Of a DNA stretch of 41,736 nucleotides, positions 1-12,491 are shown piece after piece (position 1 is the stretch's first letter; each line of letters opens with the position of its first letter). Under the pieces are notes generated by a model that saw nothing but the letters and a program-made list of their open reading frames with translations, was not told the origin of the DNA and did not search any database. The stretch covers positions 14,556 to 56,291 of the forward strand of contig JANQZQ010000110.1 of the NCBI GenBank assembly GCA_030728545.1, written 5' to 3'. The translations under genes and the position numbers were made by a program. This stretch comes from Ilumatobacteraceae bacterium. GTDB taxonomy: Bacteria; Actinomycetota; Acidimicrobiia; Acidimicrobiales; Ilumatobacteraceae.

Positions 1-1763
1 ACTGCAATACGCACTCGCACCTTGGGGCGAACCACAGCACCGAGCGCCACAGTCAACGCTTCACTCAAGGCCTCCCACGATGCAGCACGCACCAAAGTGC
101 GATCTTCGCTAGCGGCCACTTGCACCAGCAACGACGCCGCAAGTTGAGCGGCCAGGTCTGGCGCACCAGCACCGCTGATTTCGGCCAGTGCGCCAAACGG
201 TGGCAAACGCAGCCGTTGTCGACGCTCGGTTTCGGCAGCCACATGAGGTGCAAGGTTGGCCGTTACCAAACCCACCATCACCTCGTGCTGTGGCACCGAA
301 GTTTGGAGCACAACTTCACCACCTATACTGCCGCCTGTACTGCTGCCTGTTACGAGTCGCGCACCGTGCGCCACCAAACTCAACGCCTGCTCGCTGGCGC
401 GAAAACGCGGGGCCAGCAACTCGGCGTCAATGTCCAAAAACACCACCACATCAGCACGATCGATGCGGTGCAACACCGCTTCGGTGCCGACGAACACCGA
501 TGTGTGGGGCTCAATGGCACTGGTGGTCGGTTTGATTTCTTGCACCGGTCGCCCGGCTGCGGCCTCGAGTTCGTCACGCAAGCGTGAGATACCGATACGG
601 ATAGAGCGCATCTTTTGCGACCCACATGCCAAGCACACCACGGGTCGTGTGGCTGCACATCGGGGGCACGACAACCCGTGCTCGTCGGGCTGTTGCACTG
701 CAGCCCCGCACGCCTCGCAGCGCGCCACCGTGCGACATGCATCGCAGGCCACTGCCCGGGCCCGGCCTTTTACGTTCAGCACACACACCACACGTTTGGT
801 GTGATCGCGCAACAACTCGATGAGTTCGCTAGTGACCAGCGACGATGCCCAGCGTTCGTCGATATTGCGATCAATCACCCGAATCGTTGGCCAGTCTGTG
901 GCGTCGTGGGCTTGCACGACATCCGCGCCAACCGAGTGCGCCCACTGACGCGCGCTCAACGTAGGCACGGGTGACACCAACACACAGGCAATGCCGGATT
1001 GGCGGGCTCGCTCGATTGCCACATCACGCGCGTGCCACGTGGGGGCTCGTTCTTCTTGCAAGGTGTCGTCGTGTTCGTCGATCACGATGATGCTGGCGAG
1101 TTGCGCAACACTTGCCCACACCGTAGACCGCGCGCCCACCACGACGTCGACGCCGGATGCTGCTGCCACCCACTCGTCGGGATACACCGCCGTGGTTAAG
1201 CCGAGTTGACGACAGTGAGCAGCCAGGCGCCGCGCTCGCACCACAGTTGGCACCACCACCAAGGTGGGGCCGTGGCGAGTTGCAGCAGCAAGTAGTGCGG
1301 AGTGTGTTGACGCTGGGCCACATTGCACCACGCCACCCACCGCACGAAACAGCGCGTCGAGTGCTACGTCTTCCGATACGTTGTCAGTGGTAGACGCGTT
1401 TCTGTTGCGAGCGCCATAGCGACTAGCTACTAAACGTGGCACACGCTTGGGTGGCGAGGCCGAAACAAAAAATGGCCGGCGACGCGACACCCACCGCACC
1501 GCTGCCCACTCCACCAGGGCCACCACATCTGGCGACGGCCCGATTGATGTCACCTTGATAATGGGCAAGAGTCGCTTGGCGTCAACGTCACTGTCAACAT
1601 CTTCGACGATTGCCATAACCCACGCCGACACCTCGCGGCGATGCAGCGACACGCGCACCCGCGAGCCAACCACCACATCGCTGCGCAATGCGTCAGGGAT
1701 GAGATAATCAAACGGCTTATCGACGCCCGTGACATCTACGACGACTCGGGCAAGCAACGACAC
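1..1763 (-). CDS. priA: Primosomal protein N' (PriA), 3'-truncated by the window edge
   Basis: Not in the ORF track because it has no in-window stop. Manual translation of the minus frame (codon high coordinate = 2 mod 3) is open from the TAA at 1797-1799 to position 1. N-terminus reads V-SLLARVVVDVTGVDKPFDYLIPDALRS, a typical PriA start. The region around 640-790 gives the PriA Cys-rich zinc motif VACDACRTVARCEACGAAV..LSCPRCAATRPVVCLACG. The last in-window residues (..RPKVRVRIA) resemble the PriA C-terminal end, so only a few codons are probably missing. GTG at 1763 is the first usable start; no clear SD. Confidence 0.8.
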   Translation of the reverse strand, partial: MSLLARVVVDVTGVDKPFDYLIPDALRSDVVVGSRVRVSLHRREVSAWVMAIVEDVDSDVDAKRLLPIIKVTSIGPSPDVVALVEWAAVRWVSRRRPFFVSASPPKRVPRLVASRYGARNRNASTTDNVSEDVALDALFRAVGGVVQCGPASTHSALLAAATRHGPTLVVVPTVVRARRLAAHCRQLGLTTAVYPDEWVAAASGVDVVVGARSTVWASVAQLASIIVIDEHDDTLQEERAPTWHARDVAIERARQSGIACVLVSPVPTLSARQWAHSVGADVVQAHDATDWPTIRVIDRNIDERWASSLVTSELIELLRDHTKRVVCVLNVKGRARAVACDACRTVARCEACGAAVQQPDEHGLSCPRCAATRPVVCLACGSQKMRSIRIGISRLRDELEAAAGRPVQEIKPTTSAIEPHTSVFVGTEAVLHRIDRADVVVFLDIDAELLAPRFRASEQALSLVAHGARLVTGSSTGGSIGGEVVLQTSVPQHEVMVGLVTANLAPHVAAETERRQRLRLPPFGALAEISGAGAPDLAAQLAASLLVQVAASEDRTLVRAASWEALSEALTVALGAVVRPKVRVRIA

Positions 1764-1820
1764 AACAGTTACGAGATTACGCAGCCGGTGGCGGCGTTAC
1801 AGCCCAGTGGGCGAAGCGGT

Positions 1821-3017
1821 CTACAGTTTGGCGGCTTTTTTGAACGCATCAAGCCGCGACACTTGTTCCCACGTGAAGTTGGGATCAGTGCGGCCAAAGT
1901 GCCCATACGCAGCAGTGCGACGATAAATCGGGCGCTTCAAGTCGAGGTCGCGCACGATGGCGGCTGGTCGCAGGTCGAATGTGTCGCGCACGGCCTGCTC
2001 GATTTGTGATTCGGCAACCGTGTTGGTGCCGAATGTTTCGACCAAGATGCTGATCGGCTGCGCCATACCAATGGCATAGGCAACTTGCACTTCGCAGCGG
2101 CGCGCTGCACCCGAAGCCACGACGTGCTTGGCTACCCATCGCGCGGCGTAGGCAGCCGACCGATCGACCTTTGACGGATCTTTGCCGCTGAATGCACCAC
2201 CACCGTGGCGACCCATGCCGCCGTAGGTATCGACGATGATCTTGCGCCCGGTGAGACCGGTGTCGGCATGTGGCCCACCCTTTACGAACTCGCCGGTTGG
2301 GTTGATATAGACGGCATAGTCATCTTTGGCAAACTTGGCCGGCACGATCGGGCGAATCACTTGCTCGATGAGGTCGGGGCGGATCACCGTGTCGCGGGAG
2401 ATTCCGTCGGCATGCTGCGTGCTGATCAACACGGTGCGCAAGCGCACCGGAACACCGTCTTCATAATCAAATGACACCTGCGTCTTGCCGTCCGGACGCA
2501 GATACGGAATGGCGCCAGATTTACGAACTTCGGTGAGTTGCTCGGCCAGACGATGGGCAAGAAAGATAGGCAGCGGCATGAGTTCGGCTGTTTCGTCGCA
2601 GGCGTAACCAAACATCATTCCTTGGTCGCCAGCACCTTGAGAGTTGAGGCGGTCTTCGCCGCTCTTGCCGCCGCGCAACTCTTCACTCTTGTCAACACCC
2701 ATCGCGATATCGCTCGACTGTTCGTCGATGCTGATGATGACGCCACAAGTGTTGCCGTCAAAGCCATAGGCAGCATTGTCGTAACCAATTTCTTTGATGA
2801 CACTGCGCGCCAGTTTGGGAATATCGACATACGCCGACGTGGTGATTTCGCCGGCGATCACACACAAGCCGGTGGTGAGCAATGTTTCGCACGCCACGCG
2901 ACCCTGTGGGTCTTCGGCCAAAATTGCATCCAACACCGAGTCGCTGATCTGGTCAGCCATCTTGTCGGGGTGACCCTCGGTCACACTCTCTGATGTAAAC
3001 GTGAAGTTACGTGCCAC
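1821..3017 (-). CDS. metK: S-adenosylmethionine synthetase
   Basis: 398 aa, GTG start. Motifs [19 protein letters not shown] and [12 protein letters not shown]; full-length MetK architecture. Confidence 0.97.
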   Translation of the reverse strand: MARNFTFTSESVTEGHPDKMADQISDSVLDAILAEDPQGRVACETLLTTGLCVIAGEITTSAYVDIPKLARSVIKEIGYDNAAYGFDGNTCGVIISIDEQSSDIAMGVDKSEELRGGKSGEDRLNSQGAGDQGMMFGYACDETAELMPLPIFLAHRLAEQLTEVRKSGAIPYLRPDGKTQVSFDYEDGVPVRLRTVLISTQHADGISRDTVIRPDLIEQVIRPIVPAKFAKDDYAVYINPTGEFVKGGPHADTGLTGRKIIVDTYGGMGRHGGGAFSGKDPSKVDRSAAYAARWVAKHVVASGAARRCEVQVAYAIGMAQPISILVETFGTNTVAESQIEQAVRDTFDLRPAAIVRDLDLKRPIYRRTAAYGHFGRTDPNFTWEQVSRLDAFKKAAKL

Positions 3018-3026
3018 GACCGAAAC

Positions 3027-3368
3027 CTACTCGGGTTGTGCTTCGGCGTCCTGCGAAGCATCGAGCGCATTTGCTTCGTCCTCGAGGCGCTGCAGTTCGG
3101 CGATTTCGGCGCGAATCTCGTCGAGGGTCTTTGCCACAAATCGCACTTTGTCAGCGGCGATTTCTTCGAATGCCACCGAAAGATGCTTGGTGCTCACCGA
3201 CTCGACCGTTGGGCCAACGACACTGCCAGTTTGCAGGTTGCCGAAGTACTCGGTAATTTCGCGGGCCCGCTTGGCGGCCAAGGTAACGAGGCTGAACTTG
3301 GACTGCGTGCGATTCATCAGTTTTTCAATGGCCGGCGACATCATGGAATTTTCAGGCGTGGTGGACAC
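3027..3368 (-). CDS. rpoZ: DNA-directed RNA polymerase subunit omega
   Basis: Core motif IEKLMNRTQSKFSLVTLAAKRAREI. The track ORF extends to a TTG at 3401. I prefer the GTG at 3368 because AAGGAG lies 4 nt upstream (plus-strand ctcctt at 3373-3378). The ATGs at 3344/3341 are alternatives. Acidic coiled C-terminal tail. Confidence 0.85.
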   Translation of the reverse strand: MSTTPENSMMSPAIEKLMNRTQSKFSLVTLAAKRAREITEYFGNLQTGSVVGPTVESVSTKHLSVAFEEIAADKVRFVAKTLDEIRAEIAELQRLEDEANALDASQDAEAQPE

Positions 3369-3421
3369 AAGACTCCTTGGGGCGTTGTATAGCGAGACCA
3401 AGACGAGGTCGTCTGGGACCT

Positions 3422-3976
3422 CTAGAGACTAGCGGCGCGGCGAGCCTGCGCCACGATGGCCAGCATGTCGGCGATGGTCTGGTCCAGCGTGTGGTTGATG
3501 ATCACGTGGTCAGCCAGGGCGATGCCCACTGGCTCTTCTTCTTCGGCCTTGCGAAGCCGTTCGTCAACTTTGCGCTCATCGTCGCCACGCACCGTAAGCC
3601 GCTGGCGTTGCTCTTCGCGCGATGGCGGCAGCACGAAAATCAGCACGGCAGCGGGGTGTTGTTGTTTGACTTGGCTGGCACCATCGACTTCAATTTCCAG
3701 CACGATGTCTTTGCCGATGGTCGGTGTGGGCAGCGGTGTGCCGTAATAGTTGCCCAGAAAGGTAGTCCACTCCAAGAAACCACCTGCCACGATGTGGGCT
3801 TCGAAGGCATCACGCGATACGAAGTTGTAGGCGTCATCAGCCTCGCCGGGGCGACGCTCGCGGGTGGTCCATGATTGACTCAACCACAACTCCGAATCAC
3901 GTTTCATGAGTTCGCCAACTACCGTGCTCTTGCCAACGCCACCTGGCCCCGACACCACGAACACGATGCCGCTCAT
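3422..3976 (-). CDS. gmk: Guanylate kinase
   Basis: 184 aa. P-loop VVSGPGGVGKSTVV; ATGA overlap with the stop of the upstream mihF. Confidence 0.95.
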   Translation of the reverse strand: MSGIVFVVSGPGGVGKSTVVGELMKRDSELWLSQSWTTRERRPGEADDAYNFVSRDAFEAHIVAGGFLEWTTFLGNYYGTPLPTPTIGKDIVLEIEVDGASQVKQQHPAAVLIFVLPPSREEQRQRLTVRGDDERKVDERLRKAEEEEPVGIALADHVIINHTLDQTIADMLAIVAQARRAASL

Positions 3977-4311
3977 CGCAACGCCTGCACCAAAGTGTCG
4001 CGGTCACTCACCGCCACGTCACCGACGCGTGTGCGTTCGCCACATCCGTGGTCAGCCAGCACGCGACGTGCGCGAACCTTGCCAACACCGGGCAACGCCT
4101 CGGCAATTTTCACGAGATACACAAACCGACACACGAGTGCGTCAGGCTCGAGCGTGGTCACGCTGGGGTCGCCTGCGCGAGCAAAAACATCAGCCAGCGA
4201 GAACGAATGGTCGTGCACCGCACCAATGAGGGCTTCGAGTTGAGTGCGCCGCTCGGCAAGGCGAGTAAGCACATTGTCGCTGTGCTGGTCAACCACTGGC
4301 GTCACTGCCAT
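3973..4311 (-). CDS. mihF: Actinobacterial integration host factor (mIHF)
   Basis: 112 aa with the helix-hairpin-helix-like segment IAEALPGVGKVRARRVL. Occupies the conserved mihF position directly upstream of gmk, as in Mycobacterium and Streptomyces. Confidence 0.8.
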   Translation of the reverse strand: MAVTPVVDQHSDNVLTRLAERRTQLEALIGAVHDHSFSLADVFARAGDPSVTTLEPDALVCRFVYLVKIAEALPGVGKVRARRVLADHGCGERTRVGDVAVSDRDTLVQALR

Positions 4312-4320
4312 AACAGAAGG

Positions 4321-5249
4321 CTAGTGCGCGCTGTTGATGATCTCGCCCCACGATGTGATGCCCTGGCGTTGTGCCCAGCGAAACATCTTGCGTTGAATCT
4401 TGGCGACTGCCCGCGGATCAGCAAACGTTGCAGTGCCCACTTGCACCGCATCAGCGCCAGCCATCATCAACTCGAGCGCATCGTCGGCGTTACTGACTCC
4501 CCCAGCCCCCACGATTGGCACGTGGCGATGAGCAGCCCGCACGTCAAACACACTGCGCACCGCCACCGCGTGCATCGCAGCACCGCTCAGCCCGCCGCCA
4601 CCGTTGCCCAGAACCGGGCGACGCGTATCGATGTCAATCGCCATGCCGAGCACGGTGTTGACGAGCACCAACGCATCAGCACCAGCTGCCACCACCGCAC
4701 CCGCGATGGACACCAGTTGATCGGTGTTGGGGCTCAACTTGGCCCACACCGCAACGGTGGCCGGCAACACGCGTCGCACTGTGGCAATGACTTGCGCCGA
4801 CTGCACCGCACTGTGGGCAAACATGCCACGGGCATGATCCACATTGGGGCACGACAAGTTGACCTCAACTGCCACGAGTTGGTCGGCAACGCCCACCAGA
4901 TCGCGCGCGGCTTGTTCGTATTCAGATTCACGAAAACCCCAGATGCTGGCGACCACTCGTGCGCCACGCTCACGCAAGCGCGGCAAGTCGTGTTGCACCC
5001 AGTGCGCTGTGCCTTGGCCCTGCAGGCCGACAGCATTGATCATGCCACTTTCCGTGGCATGCAGTCGTGGTGCAGGGTTTCCTTGCCACTCAAACGAAGC
5101 CACCGACTTCACCACCACTGCCCCGAGCGTGGATAAATCCACATACGCCGCAAGTTCGTCAGAATGCCCCGCAGTGCCGGATGCCGTGAGCACCGGGCTC
5201 GGCAACGTGAGTGCGCCGACGTGCGTGTGTGGGAGGCCGAGTGGCGAAG

Positions 5250-5253
<4 letters not shown>
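4321..5253 (-). CDS. pyrD: Dihydroorotate dehydrogenase, class 1 (1B-like catalytic subunit)
   Basis: 310 aa. Motifs LTASGTAGH, active-site Cys context [17 protein letters not shown], and C-terminal [15 protein letters not shown] overlap with the carB stop. Confidence 0.9.
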
Positions 5254-8575
<3,322 letters not shown>

Positions 8576-8576
<1 letters not shown>

Positions 8577-9697
8577 TAGTTACCCCCACTGCGCATCATC
8601 GCTGCGAAACGCTCAAACAAATAGCGCGAGTCGTGCGGCCCGGGGCCAGCTTCGGGGTGATACTGCACGCTGAATGCTCGTGCCCCGCGCACCACCATGC
8701 CTTCATTGGTGTTGTCATTGAGGTTCACATGCGTGACGTCGACCTTGCCCGCTAGCGAGTCGGGGTCGACGCAAAAGTTGTGGTTCTGACTGGTGATCTC
8801 AACTCGCCCCGTGGTCACGTCGCGCACCGGGTGATTGGCGCCATGGTGACCGAACGGCAACTTGAAGGTGCGCCCACCCAAGGCCAAGCCCAACAACTGG
8901 TGTCCGAGACAAATTCCAAACACAGGAATATCGGCAGCGATGAGTTCGCGAATGTTGGCAGGCGCATCAAGCACCATCTCGGGGTCGCCTGGACCATTCG
9001 ACAAAAACACGCCGTCGGGTTGGCGGGCGATGACCTCGCGGGCTGGCGTGCGGGCTGGCACCACATGCACGTCGGCAATCTCACTCAAACAACGCAAAAT
9101 TGTTTGCTTCATACCAAAGTCGTACGCCACCACCGAAAACGGCTTGGTCGTAGACGTCGTTTTCTGCGCATGCATCGTGTTGGCATGAATCGTGTTTGCT
9201 ACGTCGTATGGCGCCTGGGTGCTGACCTCTGCCACCAAGTTGCGACCGGCCGTGCCTTGTTCGGCGGCCACAGCCGCCTGCAATGTGGCCAAGTCAGCGG
9301 TGCCGAATGCGCCGAGCAACGAACCCGTGTCGCGCAGTAGCCGTGTTAAGCGGCGGGTGTCGATACCGGTGATGCCACCCACACCGCGGGCTCGCAAAAA
9401 CACGTCAAGGGGTTCTTGACTGCGCCAGTTGCTGCGCCGCCTGGCGATTTCGCGCATGATTACACCACGGGCAAATACCTTTGCTGATTCGTTGTCGGAT
9501 TTCGTCACCCCGTAATTGCCAATATGCGGTGTGGTGAACGTGATGACCTGACCGGCATAGCTCGGGTCGGTGAGCACTTCTTGATAACCGCTGAGCCCGG
9601 TGTGAAACACCACCTCGCCCGATGACACCGGAACATCAGCACCGATGGCTTCACCTTCAAAGACGCTGCCATCAGCCAGCACGAGGAGCGCGTTCAT
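8576..9697 (-). CDS. carA: Carbamoyl-phosphate synthase small (glutaminase) subunit
   Basis: 373 aa. Class-I amidotransferase catalytic motif [13 protein letters not shown] and a HPE triad element; ATGA overlap with the pyrC stop. Confidence 0.97.
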
Positions 9698-10980
9698 CGT
9701 TGCGCTTCACCGTTCAAAACAGTGATGTCACCGTTGAATATCGTGTGTCGAACTTTTCCGCGCAAGGTCATCCCAACATACGGCGTGTTGCGACTCTTGC
9801 TTGCCAACGTCTCGGGCTCCACCTGCCACTTGGCGTTCGGGTCGAACACCACGAGATTCGCCGGTGCACCTGGTTCGATGTCGCGACCATGACGATCAGC
9901 GATGCCTGCGATTTGGGCGGGATGAATCGACATGATGCGCACCAACTGAGTGAGGCTCACGTCAAGCACCCCGAGCGCTACACCCAGCGCGGTCTCTAGG
10001 CCGAGCATGCCGGGTGGTGCCTGATCGAGCGTGAGCTCTTTGTCGCGACGTGGATGCGGCGCATGATCGGTGGCCAATGCATCGATCGTGCCATCGACGA
10101 TGCCGGCTCGTAGCGCAGCAATGTCGGCCAGCGAACGCAGCGGTGGGTTCACTTTGAACACTGTGTTAAAGGTGGTGAGTCGGGTTTCATCTAACGACAA
10201 GTGGTGTGGCGTGACCTCGGCAGTTATTGGCAAGCCGTCACGCTTGGCGGCTCGTACCAACTCCACACTGCGAGCGGTTGACAGATGCAAGAAGTGCACG
10301 CGTGCACCGGTCAAACGAGCCAGTTCAATGTCGCGAAACACCATGAGCTCTTCGGCAATCGACGGCCAACCTGGCAAACCCAGCGACGTGCAACACTGAC
10401 ACTCGTTCATCACCGCACCTTTGGTGAGTGTGGCAACTTCACAGTGCTGGGCCAGCGTGACGCCGAGACCTTTGGCGTATTCCATGGCCCTGCGCATGAG
10501 CAGTTCGTCTTGCACACCGTTGCCGTCGTCAGTAAAGATGCGCACGCCGGCCGCCGCCAGCTCGGCCATCGGGGCCAGCGTCTCGCCCTGGCGGCCCAAG
10601 GTGATGCACCCGCTCGGCACCACCTCAACCAGCCCTGCACGCTTGCCTTGTTCACGCACGAAGTCGATGACGGCCACGCTGTCTTGCGGCGGGTCTGTGT
10701 TGGGCATCGCCACGAGGGCCGTGTAACCACCCTTGGCACCCGCTCGGCTACCAGTTTCGATCGTCTCGGCTTCTTCTTTGCCGGGCTCGCGTAAGTGGGC
10801 ATGCAGGTCAACAAACCCTGGGGCCACCACACAACCCGATGCGTCGATCGTGCGGCCACTGGTCAACTGCTCGCCCACTTCGACCACTACACCGCCTTGC
10901 ACAGCGATATCAGCGACACGCTCACCGCGTGAATCCACCACTCGCCCGCCCTGCAACACGATTCGCTCGGCGCTGGTCAT
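9694..10980 (-). CDS. pyrC: Dihydroorotase
   Basis: 428 aa. Metal-binding [12 protein letters not shown], and ATDHAPH later; ATGA overlap with the pyrB stop. Confidence 0.95.
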   Translation of the reverse strand: MTSAERIVLQGGRVVDSRGERVADIAVQGGVVVEVGEQLTSGRTIDASGCVVAPGFVDLHAHLREPGKEEAETIETGSRAGAKGGYTALVAMPNTDPPQDSVAVIDFVREQGKRAGLVEVVPSGCITLGRQGETLAPMAELAAAGVRIFTDDGNGVQDELLMRRAMEYAKGLGVTLAQHCEVATLTKGAVMNECQCCTSLGLPGWPSIAEELMVFRDIELARLTGARVHFLHLSTARSVELVRAAKRDGLPITAEVTPHHLSLDETRLTTFNTVFKVNPPLRSLADIAALRAGIVDGTIDALATDHAPHPRRDKELTLDQAPPGMLGLETALGVALGVLDVSLTQLVRIMSIHPAQIAGIADRHGRDIEPGAPANLVVFDPNAKWQVEPETLASKSRNTPYVGMTLRGKVRHTIFNGDITVLNGEAQR

Positions 10981-11924
10981 GATGCCACCGTCGCTAGATG
11001 TGCAGTCGACGATTCGCCAGCCAGCAAATCAAACAACACCGCCATGCGCACCGCCACACCGTTGGCCACTTGTTGATGAATCAGCGAATTGGGCAACGCC
11101 GATGGGTCAACGAGCATCTCGACACCCCTGTTCATGGGGCCAGGGTGCATGATCACAGCCGTGCTGGGCAACTTGGCAACCCGCGCAGCATCGAGCCCGA
11201 AGGTTTCGCCGTACTCGCGCAGGCTGGGCACGTGGCCCTGCGACATTCGCTCGCTTTGTAGACGCAACATGTACAACATGTCGGTACGCGCCAGCACATC
11301 GTCAAGTCGATGCGACACCGTCACCGGCCAGTGGGCCACATCGGGGGGCAGCAAGGTGGGCGGCGCCACTAACACCACGTTTGCCCCAAGCATGCTGAAC
11401 GCACTGATGTTGCTGCGTGCCACGCGGCTGTGTTTGATGTCCCCCACGATCGTGAGCGTGAGACCATCAAAACGTTCGACCCCAAGTGCTTGGCGCACGG
11501 TGAAACAGTCGACCAACGCCTGAGTCGGATGCTGATGCCAACCATCACCGGCATTGACCACCGAAGCGTTGGTCCACTCGCTGATTTGCCATGGCGTGCC
11601 TGTGGATTTGTGGCGTACGACAAACGCATCGACCCCCATGTCAGAGATGGTCTCGATTGTGTCGCGCAAACTTTCGCCTTTGTTCACGCTCGACGTCGAC
11701 ACGCTGAACGTCATTGTGTCGGCGGACAACCGCTTGGCGGCAGTTTCAAACGACAGTCGTGTGCGAGTGGAGTCTTCAAAGAACAAACTCACCACGGTCT
11801 TGCCGCGCAAGGCTGGCACCTTGGGCACTGGTCTGGCGTTGATTTCCACCATGTGGCGAGTGAGTTCGAGCAATCGCACCACGCCATCATGACCGAGTTC
11901 ATCGATGCTGCGCAGATGCTTCAT
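10977..11924 (-). CDS. pyrB: Aspartate carbamoyltransferase catalytic subunit
   Basis: 315 aa. Motifs FFEDSTRTRLSFE and HPGPMNRGVE; ATGA overlap with the pyrR stop. Confidence 0.97.
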   Translation of the reverse strand: MKHLRSIDELGHDGVVRLLELTRHMVEINARPVPKVPALRGKTVVSLFFEDSTRTRLSFETAAKRLSADTMTFSVSTSSVNKGESLRDTIETISDMGVDAFVVRHKSTGTPWQISEWTNASVVNAGDGWHQHPTQALVDCFTVRQALGVERFDGLTLTIVGDIKHSRVARSNISAFSMLGANVVLVAPPTLLPPDVAHWPVTVSHRLDDVLARTDMLYMLRLQSERMSQGHVPSLREYGETFGLDAARVAKLPSTAVIMHPGPMNRGVEMLVDPSALPNSLIHQQVANGVAVRMAVLFDLLAGESSTAHLATVAS

Positions 11925-12442
11925 GACGAGACCCGGTTGGTGATGACGACACCGTCTTGCGTGGCGCGCACATCGTCGTCAACATGCGTGGGCAGATTTT
12001 TGCCCACATAGTCGGGGCGAATCGGCAGCTCGCGATGGCCACGGTCGACCAGCACCGCCAGTTGCACGGCGCGCGGGCGGCCGTAGGTGTTGATGCCTTC
12101 CATTGCTGCGCGAACGGTGCGACCCGTGAACAGAACATCGTCGACGAGCACCACCGTGGTGCCATCGACTGCAAAATCGATGCGACTAATCGCACCGGGC
12201 ACTACTGGCCGCAAGCCAATGTCGTCGCGGTGCATGCTCACGTCGATGTATCCCACCGGCACGGTGGAATGAGGCTCAATCACATTCACCGCAGCAGCAA
12301 TCGCATCGGCCAGCCATGCGCCACCGCGCTGCAGGCCAACGAGTGCCAATGATGCCGAACCTTGTTGGCGTTCCAGAATTTCGTGAGCGATGCGGGTAAT
12401 CGCGCGTCTGACGTCGTCAACCGACATCACCATGTTGCTCAC
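11921..12442 (-). CDS. pyrR: Bifunctional pyr operon regulator / uracil phosphoribosyltransferase PyrR
   Basis: 173 aa. PRPP-binding motif VVLVDDVLFTGRTVRAA. GTG start at 12442 with GGAGA 5 nt upstream. Confidence 0.95.
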   Translation of the reverse strand: MSNMVMSVDDVRRAITRIAHEILERQQGSASLALVGLQRGGAWLADAIAAAVNVIEPHSTVPVGYIDVSMHRDDIGLRPVVPGAISRIDFAVDGTTVVLVDDVLFTGRTVRAAMEGINTYGRPRAVQLAVLVDRGHRELPIRPDYVGKNLPTHVDDDVRATQDGVVITNRVSS

Positions 12443-12455
12443 GTTGGTCTCCTAG

Positions 12456-12486
12456 CCGTTCGAGCCTCTCGGGACTCGTTTGACGG
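12456..12486 (-). promoter_or_regulatory. PyrR-binding RNA hairpin (pyr leader binding loop) adjacent to the pyrR SD
   Basis: Minus-strand RNA is CCGUCAAACGAG-UCCCGAGAGG-CUCGAACGG. It has a CCGU/ACGG lower stem and a CGAG/CUCG upper stem. The loop UCCCGAGAGGCU matches the conserved PyrR box (ARUCCAGAGAGGYU) with one substitution. It is followed by CUA-GGAGA-CCAAC-GUG, the SD and start of pyrR. Confidence 0.7.
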
Positions 12487-12491
12487 TCGCC

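Noticed and set aside
3405-3422. Hairpin gaggtc-gtctgg-gacctc just after the gmk stop, considered as an intrinsic terminator
   Set aside because: The stem is only 6 bp and there is no U tract. rpoZ follows immediately with its own SD, so read-through is more likely.
4048-5136. 362-aa plus-strand ORF
   Set aside because: It is entirely antisense to a well-supported pyrD. Its composition is His/Arg/Ala-rich with no recognisable motif, which is typical of spurious antisense ORFs in high-GC DNA.
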